Origin: an uncultured Bacteroides sp.
Lineage (GTDB): Bacteria > Bacteroidota > Bacteroidia > Bacteroidales > Muribaculaceae
Assembly (NCBI GenBank): GCA_964554335.1
Contig: CAZKOF010000003.1
Coordinates: 15,271-79,270, forward strand
Length of the DNA: 64,000 nucleotides
Reading direction: 5' to 3'
Made by a program: the position numbers and the translations under genes
Notes under the pieces: generated by a model
What the model was told of the DNA's origin: nothing
Databases searched by the model: none
Seen by the model: only the letters and a program-made list of their open reading frames with translations
In this document: positions 46,526-53,832 of the stretch, in pieces
How positions within the stretch are numbered: position 1 is the stretch's first letter
How the letters are laid out: each line of letters opens with the position of its first letter

Positions 46526-47095
46526 TCAGTAAATCAAAAAGCCAACGAGTCCGGCACAACAGATGACAAGTATCGGGTGAATTTTTGCAAAATAAGTCGC
46601 AACGAATGCGCCGGCACAGATGGCAACGCTTTTCCAAATGTCAGTGAACTCTGTGCCGAAATTATCTCCGTTCATCAGCAAAAGCGCCGCTGAGGCAATG
46701 AGTCCGATTGTCACAGGACGCAAACCTTTGAAAATTCCCCGGATTGCAAGACTATCCTTATGGCGACGTATAAAGTGTGAGGTGTAGAGTACAAGCAGAT
46801 AGCTCGGGAGCACCACCGCGAGAGTACAAAGAACCGAACCGAACAGGCCCCATAGCTGGCTTCCGAACTGCGGAGAGACAGTTCCCGGAGCTATGTATCC
46901 GATATAAGTCGCAGAGTTGATACCTATCGGCCCGGGGGTCATTTGGGAAATAGCAACGATGTCGGTAAACATGGTTGATGTAAGCCATCCATTGCCAACG
47001 ATTTCCCGTTCAATCAGGGTTAACATCGCATACCCGCCTCCAAAACCGAAAATGCCGATTTTAATATATGACCATATCAGTCTGAGATAAATCAT
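46526..47095 (-). CDS. Chromate transporter (short-chain CHR family), second half-size subunit
   Basis: FGFGGGYAMLTLIEREIV CHR motif. 189 aa. 4-nt overlap with the partner gene. Confidence 0.8.
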   Translation of the reverse strand: MIYLRLIWSYIKIGIFGFGGGYAMLTLIEREIVGNGWLTSTMFTDIVAISQMTPGPIGINSATYIGYIAPGTVSPQFGSQLWGLFGSVLCTLAVVLPSYLLVLYTSHFIRRHKDSLAIRGIFKGLRPVTIGLIASAALLLMNGDNFGTEFTDIWKSVAICAGAFVATYFAKIHPILVICCAGLVGFLIY

Positions 47096-47679
47096 GCCGC
47101 ATCCTCCTTTCCATTTGATTCAGACCTGCGGCCGAGGAACCACCATCCGCCGGCAATGCCGAGAATAATATAAAGTATCGGATTGGAAACGAACGGAATA
47201 CCGCTCCAAATTAAAAGTGCTGCTCCAACCGGAATTATTGCCGTTTTCCAGGTAATTCCGGCACGCTTCCAGTTGGTGACAAGTGGCGCAAGAATCAACG
47301 CGACAACCGCAGGACGGATTCCGCGGAACACTGCCGCAACCGTCGGGTTATTCTTAATAATATCCGGAGTAAGGAAAATCGCGATAGCGAGAATGATTAA
47401 AAACGACGGCATGATAGTCCCGAGGGCCGAAACAACGGTGCCTTTCGTGCCTGCGATTTTATCGCCAACCGCAACTGAAATGTTCACGGCGAGAATGCCC
47501 GGCAGCGACTGCGCCACGGCAAGTTGATCCATAAACTCCTCCTTCGTCAACCACCCGTGATTGTCAACTATTTCGCGTTCCATGATGGCTATCATTGCCC
47601 AACCGCCGCCGAATGTAAAGGCGCCAATCTTGGCAAAGGTCAGGAAGAGATTTCTAAATATGTGAGAATCCTTTTCCAT
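47092..47679 (-). CDS. Chromate transporter (short-chain CHR family), first half-size subunit
   Basis: The start at 47679 gives MEKDSHIFRNLFLTFAKIGAFTFGGGWAMIAIMEREIV. The longer ORF to 47901 has no CHR-like sequence and runs through the promoter region. Confidence 0.8.
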   Translation of the reverse strand: MEKDSHIFRNLFLTFAKIGAFTFGGGWAMIAIMEREIVDNHGWLTKEEFMDQLAVAQSLPGILAVNISVAVGDKIAGTKGTVVSALGTIMPSFLIILAIAIFLTPDIIKNNPTVAAVFRGIRPAVVALILAPLVTNWKRAGITWKTAIIPVGAALLIWSGIPFVSNPILYIILGIAGGWWFLGRRSESNGKEDAA

Positions 47680-47688
47680 AATCGGCTG

Positions 47689-47696
47689 CAAAGTTA
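47689..47696 (-). promoter_or_regulatory. -7 promoter box TAACTTTG for the chromate transporter pair
   Basis: Exact TAnnTTTG on the minus strand within TTCGTAACTTTGC. 9 nt separate it from the ATG (47679). Confidence 0.5.
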
Positions 47697-47709
47697 CGAA
47701 TTTTTTGCG

Positions 47710-47717
47710 TACCTTTG
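47710..47717 (+). promoter_or_regulatory. -7 promoter box TACCTTTG for the 47725 secreted-protein gene
   Basis: Exact TAnnTTTG. 7 nt separate it from the ATG (47725). Confidence 0.5.
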
Positions 47718-47724
47718 TCAGCAC

Positions 47725-48603
47725 ATGCGCAGATATATCATCATATTCATGCTCCTGACGGCTATGGCTTCGCATGCGAAACTGCGTTACTTTACCGCCG
47801 ACAGTGTCGCCGTTCCTCCTGCAGGAGAAATTATCGCCGTCGAGGCCCGCGTCGCCCATCCGTTGACCCGAGTGGGCGAAGGGCGTTTCGCAGGGTGGCA
47901 AATCGGATGGCCCGGCGTCACGATTGCTCTCACATTCGACAACCGAAACTTTGTCGACGGAATCAGCAACGGTAAAGTAATGCTTGAATATGGAACCTTA
48001 AAATCGCAGATATACAAAAATATAAATACAGACGGCAAATTCAATTCAATCGCCATAGAATGGCAAGCGGACGGTAAAGTCCATATCCTTGCCGGAGAGC
48101 GTAAACTCGACGAGTATATGGTCACAGACTCCATTCCCAGCCCTACAGGAATAATAACTGTCCGCCCGATTGGCGGGGGAAACATAATAATTCAAGATGT
48201 CATTATTGAAACCAACGACAACGCTTTTGCGCGACTCATGACCGACTATTCAGCAGAAGAACTTGCCAATGCCCCACGCTGGGAATATCTTGACCGTGCC
48301 ACCGATCCGAAAACCGCTGTTGTCGGAGGGAAGTATGTTCTTGCTCAAATCGGCAACGACCTTATCTATATTGCCGGAGCAACCACTAATCCCGGCTCAT
48401 GGTTGCCGGGAATGCTTAAAGGACGGCTGATTCCTACCGGATTTGATGGCTATAGCAAACTACAGTGGTACGATGCCACGGGACGAGAAATGCCCGGCGA
48501 GCATTTCGCCGAGCATGATGAAACGTTAGGTGTGCTGAAATTGAATTTCCCGGAACTTGATGCCTCGGTGAGACTAAAACGTGCGGACAAGCAGCGACGC
48601 TGA
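47725..48603 (+). CDS. Hypothetical secreted protein (292 aa)
   Basis: The ATG at 47725 yields signal peptide MRRYIIIFMLLTAMASHA. No recognisable domain. The upstream part of ORF 47524-48603 is antisense to the chromate transporter gene. Confidence 0.55.
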   Translation: MRRYIIIFMLLTAMASHAKLRYFTADSVAVPPAGEIIAVEARVAHPLTRVGEGRFAGWQIGWPGVTIALTFDNRNFVDGISNGKVMLEYGTLKSQIYKNINTDGKFNSIAIEWQADGKVHILAGERKLDEYMVTDSIPSPTGIITVRPIGGGNIIIQDVIIETNDNAFARLMTDYSAEELANAPRWEYLDRATDPKTAVVGGKYVLAQIGNDLIYIAGATTNPGSWLPGMLKGRLIPTGFDGYSKLQWYDATGREMPGEHFAEHDETLGVLKLNFPELDASVRLKRADKQRR

Positions 48604-49530
48604 TAGTTCTGTAAACCAATCGCGATCGACTTGTGGTATATTTGCCTCGGCAATAGCCTCGTCAGCAAGTGTCGCATATCGGTCCATCAGTTGACGCAGG
48701 CGCGAGGGAAGATTTAGAGTGATATAGACAACTTTCACCGCATCGATCTTTGATTGACTGCGTTCGCCGCCAAGCAGAGAGCCGATAGCCTCGGGGGCTT
48801 CGTTAAGAGCGGTGATCAGAAGCCAGGTTTTTTTATCGTTGAGAATGTCGCCACCCGGAATCTTGCCGAAAGTTTCCGAATTGCCGAATGTGTCGAGATA
48901 ATCGTCTTGCAGCTGGAAAGCCATGCCGGTATTCTCGGCCCAATTGCTGAGAGCCCGCCGGGTTGACTCGCCGGCATGCGCCATCAGAGCTCCGGCCTCA
49001 ACTGCGCAGGAAAGCAACACCGCCGTCTTCAGCCGAATCATCTCGAGATATTCATCGGCGCTGACAGATGTACGCGACTCGAAGTCCATGTCCATCTGCT
49101 GGCCTTCATAGATTTTAATGGCCGTATCGTTGAAGAGCCTCAACATCTCGGGAAGCTTTTCAGCCGGACAACGGGCAATCAGTCGGGTTGCAAGCGTCAG
49201 CATCGTATCCCCGCTAAGAATGGCCGTGGCCTCATTCCACTTGCGGTGAACCGTAGGGCGTCCACGACGAACATCAGCGCGATCCATGACATCATCATGG
49301 AGCAACGTGAAATTATGAAACATCTCGATGCCCCATGCCTGATTGACAGCTTCCTCGGGATTTACGCCACACGCCTGACAACTCGCCAGGCAAAGGAGCG
49401 GACGCAGTCGCTTGCCCCCCGCCTCAAGAGTATAACGGATGGGATTATAAAGCCCCGGAAAGCAATCGGGCAGGCCGAGGTTATCCTTAGCCTGCTCGAT
49501 TATTTTCATCAGATTTTGTGATTCGATCAT
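48574..49530 (-). CDS. Polyprenyl diphosphate synthase (trans-IPPS family)
   Basis: First Asp-rich motif LLHDDVMD and second motif FQLQDDYLD. 318 aa. Confidence 0.85.
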   Translation of the reverse strand: MIESQNLMKIIEQAKDNLGLPDCFPGLYNPIRYTLEAGGKRLRPLLCLASCQACGVNPEEAVNQAWGIEMFHNFTLLHDDVMDRADVRRGRPTVHRKWNEATAILSGDTMLTLATRLIARCPAEKLPEMLRLFNDTAIKIYEGQQMDMDFESRTSVSADEYLEMIRLKTAVLLSCAVEAGALMAHAGESTRRALSNWAENTGMAFQLQDDYLDTFGNSETFGKIPGGDILNDKKTWLLITALNEAPEAIGSLLGGERSQSKIDAVKVVYITLNLPSRLRQLMDRYATLADEAIAEANIPQVDRDWFTELSASLLVRTF

Positions 49531-50234
49531 CAGTAGCCCTGCTGAGCGGCCTCGGCTTCGGCCTGTTTAATCATCTGCTCGTTGGCGGAGATGAAGATTT
49601 CAACGCGGCGATTCTGTGCGCGGCCTGCGGCGGTTTCGTTGCTGGCAATGTAGTTCTGCATCGGCAGGCCGACCGCCGAGATGCGATCAGCAGCAACTCC
49701 GCCGCTGACGAGATAGCTGCGCACGGCATCCGCACGGCCCGTGCTGACACGCTGGTTAACTTCCATGCCACCGGTGTTGTCTGTGTAGCCATAGACCTGC
49801 ACGTTGGTTTCAGGGTTCTGGATGAGGCTCGTTGCGAACTGGCTGAGGTCAGTGCGTGCTGCGGAGCTCAGGGTTGTTCCGTTGGTCGGGAAAAGAATAC
49901 CTCCGTCAAAAGTCACACGAATAGCCTTCAAACCGTTTTGGTCGGTTGCCTCCTCGACTTTTGCGTTTTCAATCTCGCGGAGCTGCTTGGCCTGGTCATC
50001 CATTTTTTTGCCAATCAGCATGCCGGCACCCGCACCGACTGCAGCGCCTATAGCCGCACCGATGCCGGCACCTTTGCCGCCACCTATGAGTGCACCGACA
50101 CCAGCACCGACAGCGCTACCGCCGGCGCCGCCGATTGCAGCGCCTTTGCCGAGATTAGTCATGGAGCCGCAGCTCGAGAGCAGAAGTGCACCGCTAAGTC
50201 CGGCGACACTCAAAATTTTGGTTACTTTTTTCAT
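49530..50234 (-). CDS. OmpA family lipoprotein with Gly-zipper region
   Basis: Lipobox LLSSC, Gly-zipper GAAIGGAGGSAVGAGVGALIGGG, and OmpA_C motifs (YGYTDNTG...NQRVSTGRADAVRSYL...NRRVEI). Confidence 0.85.
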   Translation of the reverse strand: MKKVTKILSVAGLSGALLLSSCGSMTNLGKGAAIGGAGGSAVGAGVGALIGGGKGAGIGAAIGAAVGAGAGMLIGKKMDDQAKQLREIENAKVEEATDQNGLKAIRVTFDGGILFPTNGTTLSSAARTDLSQFATSLIQNPETNVQVYGYTDNTGGMEVNQRVSTGRADAVRSYLVSGGVAADRISAVGLPMQNYIASNETAAGRAQNRRVEIFISANEQMIKQAEAEAAQQGY

Positions 50235-50274
50235 ATGTTTAATTTATATTGTGAATTGTGGTTAAATATCTGCG

Positions 50275-50282
50275 CAAAGTTA
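50275..50282 (-). promoter_or_regulatory. -7 promoter box TAACTTTG for the ompA-family / polyprenyl synthase operon
   Basis: Exact TAnnTTTG on the minus strand, 40 nt upstream of the ATG (50234). Confidence 0.55.
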
Positions 50283-50499
50283 CATAAAAAATCGCGATTT
50301 TTATGCCCGGTGAATAAGAAATATACGCAATTTCGCCATTAACATTGATAATCCCGAGCGCGCAATCGTCACTCGCGGCGGCGAAAAAATAGAACTTCAA
50401 GCCGGGAGCAACACTGTTAAATTCAACCCCGAAACTGAAAATGAAATCGAAATCGAACCTGTAGGGAAGCCGCTTTACCGCGTTAGCAAGGGCGAAGAA

Positions 50500-51537
50500 G
50501 TGTTTACAACCGACTATCGCTATCGCATCCTCGTTGCCGATGGCGATGTGGTTGACATAGTTGCCGCATATCCCGACGAGGATTGTTTTGTCACTTTCCA
50601 TGTCGAGGGATATGGTGCCGAAGATTTCATCACAGGAGTAGACGTCGACGGCAAGCCAGTATTTAATTGGAAAGACGAGAATTTTTCGGTAAAATGCGGC
50701 AGCGAACTTGCCGTATATGGCAATCTGAATGAATATGAGGTCCTGAGCTTCATGGTCAACGGCGAGACTCAGATGTTCACCTCAAAGACAACCCTTCTAA
50801 TCACAGAATCTACATCACTGTCAGTATCGGTGCAGAAATATGCCGTGTTCGCCATGATAATTAACATCGACTCACCCGAGCATATAAAAGTATATCGCGG
50901 ACATAGCAACAACAACGACGAGTTCACCGGCCTCAAGACAGGCGACAACGTCATCGAGGTCACACGCAACACTCCCATTGTCAGCCTCATCCCTGCCGAC
51001 GGATACTATATCAACACTCTGAGCGTCAATAACGACAATTATGATGTGGAAGACCTGCAAATTATTCCTGTACGTATCGGCCAGCTCATCGACAACGACG
51101 TCATCACCGTCACAACCGCCAAATTCTTACGCGACAAAAAAGCCACCATAATACTCTCGAACCTCGCTGCCGCCGAAGGATATTTCGCCGCCAAGCGCGC
51201 GGACATGTCGGTAATCGAAGGCCTGCATGAGGGCACGAATGAATTACTCTTCGATTTACGTGACAACCGATTCCGCTTCGAGACCGGAGGCCCTGTTGAA
51301 GCCCACGTCTTTCTCAACGACGTTGCCATGGAGCCGGAGCCCGGAGGGTTCAACTACTGCCCCACCCTCGCCGACGGCGACGTGCTGAAGATTATTTTCG
51401 GCGAGATGGATTCCATCGATGAGGTTTCATTAGTCGTCCGGAATGAGAAGCCTTCGGTATATGACCTGCTCGGCCGTCGTGTAACTTCGCCCGCCCGAGG
51501 AATCTACATAGAAAATGGACACAAAGTGCTGAAATAA
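50500..51537 (+). CDS. T9SS type A C-terminal sorting domain protein, probably a 5'-truncated remnant
   Basis: C-terminus VYDLLGRRVTSPARGIYIENGHKVLK is a T9SS type A CTD. The only start is GTG at 50500. The frame stays open and protein-like back to 50314 with no start codon and no signal peptide. Confidence 0.5.
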   Translation: MFTTDYRYRILVADGDVVDIVAAYPDEDCFVTFHVEGYGAEDFITGVDVDGKPVFNWKDENFSVKCGSELAVYGNLNEYEVLSFMVNGETQMFTSKTTLLITESTSLSVSVQKYAVFAMIINIDSPEHIKVYRGHSNNNDEFTGLKTGDNVIEVTRNTPIVSLIPADGYYINTLSVNNDNYDVEDLQIIPVRIGQLIDNDVITVTTAKFLRDKKATIILSNLAAAEGYFAAKRADMSVIEGLHEGTNELLFDLRDNRFRFETGGPVEAHVFLNDVAMEPEPGGFNYCPTLADGDVLKIIFGEMDSIDEVSLVVRNEKPSVYDLLGRRVTSPARGIYIENGHKVLK

Positions 51538-51562
51538 TTTTGTCGGACAACGGAAAATTTCG

Positions 51563-51570
51563 TAACTTTG
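51563..51570 (+). promoter_or_regulatory. -7 promoter box TAACTTTG for the HU-SPOR gene
   Basis: Exact TAnnTTTG within TTCGTAACTTTGC, 25 nt upstream of the ATG at 51596. Confidence 0.55.
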
Positions 51571-51595
51571 CGGAAACTGAAAGCTCATCTCCAAA

Positions 51596-52522
51596 ATGAC
51601 CGACACTATCAGTCAACATATTGCCACGTTGTTGCGCCGGAACGATTGCGTAATCGTTCCGGGCATCGGCGCGTTCGTGGCAACCCGACGTGAAGCTTTG
51701 GTGTCGGAAAATGTGCTGCTTCCACCTGCTCGCGAAATCACTTTCAACCCTGCGATGACCCATGATGACGGCCTGCTTGCAACTTCCGTGAGCCGTCGGC
51801 TTCGCATCCCCTTCGTCCAGGCCCGCGAAAAGGTTGCCGCAGAGATTGACCTCCTCCGGCGTCGCCTGCGCACCGAAGGGGCCGTAAGCATTGCCCACGT
51901 CGGCATGCTCCGTCGCCGTTCGGGAGGGCGCCTTGATTTCATGCCGGGAGCAGCATGGATAGCAATGCCTTCGGTCAATATTGTTAAACCGGCCTCTGCC
52001 GTCGAAGTTACAACAGACCGCGAGGAAGACAGAGCCGTTGCGGTTGTGAGGTTACCTCTGCGCCTGCGATGGCTGCGCGTTGCAGCGGCAGTTGCCATTC
52101 TCAGTGTGCTCGGCTTCTCATTGTCAACTCCTATCGATATCGACACTGCCCATCATGCTTCGCTCGCAGCTCCGATGTTCACCGCTCCCGAAGAGCCGGA
52201 ATTCGAGCCTATGCCGGAACCCTCCGGATTGATTCTCAATCTTGCAACAGCTCCGTCGACAGGGATGATATCCATAAAAGAGAAGCCCGCAATCAAGACT
52301 CCGCAGCCCTACGTCATAGTGGTCGGCTCGCTTCCTACCCGGGCAAAGGCTGAAGAGTATATTGCCGAAACCGGCATACCTTCGCTTGAAATCATTCAGA
52401 GCGGCAATAAGTTTCGCGTCTACGCAGCCGAAGGCTCCACTCCGGAGGACGCACGTGCTGCCGCAGCAACAATCAGCGGGTTCTCCTCGCGCTTTCCCGA
52501 CGCCTGGGTATGTCGCCGATGA
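51596..52522 (+). CDS. HU-like (HU-CCDC81 type) domains / TM / SPOR domain protein
   Basis: N-terminus ISQHIATLLRRNDCVIVPGIGAFV...ITFNP. TM is LRVAAAVAILSVLGFSL. C-terminal SPOR-like YVIVVGSLPTRAKAEEYI...FRVYAAEGSTPEDA. Confidence 0.7.
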   Translation: MTDTISQHIATLLRRNDCVIVPGIGAFVATRREALVSENVLLPPAREITFNPAMTHDDGLLATSVSRRLRIPFVQAREKVAAEIDLLRRRLRTEGAVSIAHVGMLRRRSGGRLDFMPGAAWIAMPSVNIVKPASAVEVTTDREEDRAVAVVRLPLRLRWLRVAAAVAILSVLGFSLSTPIDIDTAHHASLAAPMFTAPEEPEFEPMPEPSGLILNLATAPSTGMISIKEKPAIKTPQPYVIVVGSLPTRAKAEEYIAETGIPSLEIIQSGNKFRVYAAEGSTPEDARAAAATISGFSSRFPDAWVCRR

Positions 52523-53826
52523 GCTTCCGCGGCATCGCCGCAATTCTCGCACTCATTCCCCTGCCAGCACTTGCCTCTGAACTCAGTTTCAGCGGAAATG
52601 CCCTATCGGCATTAACCGAAACTCCGGCCAATGGTTCGGGATTGAATATGGTCTATGTACTTAACGGAGTGTCAGGCGTCAAAGCCTCCTACACCTCAAC
52701 CTCGGGCAACCGGGTGACATGGCAACGCTTCAGTGCGCTCGGAGGCGGTTATGCTCAGGACGTCGCTTCTTCCCAATTGGGAAATGTCAGTACCCTGACG
52801 ACTCTCGAAGGCAACATGGGCTATATCGTTACCGACGGCAATTCATCTTCATATTTTTGGGTCATTGACTGGAGTGCTACCCACACTTATCTCGCCGAAT
52901 TGGTGCTTTCGCCACAAACCGACTGCGCGACCACATGGTTGGAACTCGACGGCATGGGAGAGGCATTTACTTATTATAGCATTAACGGTGCGCCGCATGT
53001 TATCGACCGCGAATTCACGCTGACCTACCGCACTCTGCAGTTCGACGACAACGAATTCGCCTACAAGGAGACGGAAACAACCGAAACGTTCGCGTCCCTG
53101 TCGGAGAACATCCATTGCACTCCGCCATTATGTCAGACGGAATTTACTCTATCCGGCGATAAATTCGCACGCGCCTGGGGCGAGGAACGGTCTATCTCAT
53201 CTCCTATATATGACCCGACGGCAGTTGAAGGCCACACCAAAGCCACGCAGTCAAACCGCGAAGTTCTAAATGAAATCAAGGACGACACCGCCCTCGGAGG
53301 ATCCGGACCGGCAGAGATTACATTCAGCGCATCAATATCTGATGCCGCAATATACCATGAATGGGAACTTGCCCGCGACCCTGAATTCAATCAGACGTTC
53401 CTGCGCTTTTCCGAGACGGAATTCACCTATACTTTCCGCGAACAAGGCACAACCTACGTTCGCCTGCTCATTGCCAACGACAATGCCTCATGCGAGTGGG
53501 AAAGCGATACATATAACGTCTATATCGGCGAGTCATCGCTGAAATGCCCCAACGCATTCTCGCCCGGGGCTTCGGAGGGGGTAAACGACGAATGGCGCGT
53601 AAGCTACAAATCGATAATAGAGTTTGATTGTCATATTTTTGACCGCAACGGCAAACTCATCAAACACCTGACAGACCCCTCGCAAGGCTGGGACGGCAAA
53701 ATTCGCGGCAAACTCGCACCATCCGGAGTTTATTTCTACGTTATCAGGGCCCGCGGCGCTGACGATAAGGAGTATAAACTCAGCGGTGACATAAACATTA
53801 TCGGTTATAACAAACGAGAGAAATAA
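52519..53826 (+). CDS. T9SS type B (gliding motility-associated) C-terminal domain protein
   Basis: Signal peptide. C-terminus PNAFSPGASEGVNDEW...FDRNGKLIKHL...GWDGK...PSGVYFYVI fits the type B CTD pattern. The ATG at 52519 makes an ATGA overlap with the upstream stop; the alternative ATG is at 52510. Confidence 0.7.
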   Translation: MSFRGIAAILALIPLPALASELSFSGNALSALTETPANGSGLNMVYVLNGVSGVKASYTSTSGNRVTWQRFSALGGGYAQDVASSQLGNVSTLTTLEGNMGYIVTDGNSSSYFWVIDWSATHTYLAELVLSPQTDCATTWLELDGMGEAFTYYSINGAPHVIDREFTLTYRTLQFDDNEFAYKETETTETFASLSENIHCTPPLCQTEFTLSGDKFARAWGEERSISSPIYDPTAVEGHTKATQSNREVLNEIKDDTALGGSGPAEITFSASISDAAIYHEWELARDPEFNQTFLRFSETEFTYTFREQGTTYVRLLIANDNASCEWESDTYNVYIGESSLKCPNAFSPGASEGVNDEWRVSYKSIIEFDCHIFDRNGKLIKHLTDPSQGWDGKIRGKLAPSGVYFYVIRARGADDKEYKLSGDINIIGYNKREK

Positions 53827-53832
53827 GGAGGC

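Noticed and set aside
47680-47901. N-terminal extensions offered by the ORF track, here 74 extra codons on the chromate transporter gene. Similar cases: 16630-16665, 31668-31697, 41548-41640, 42149-42265 and 47524-47724.
   Set aside because: The extensions overlap promoter boxes or neighbouring genes, lack family-like sequence, and often rely on TTG or GTG. In each case an internal ATG yields the conserved N-terminus or a proper signal peptide.
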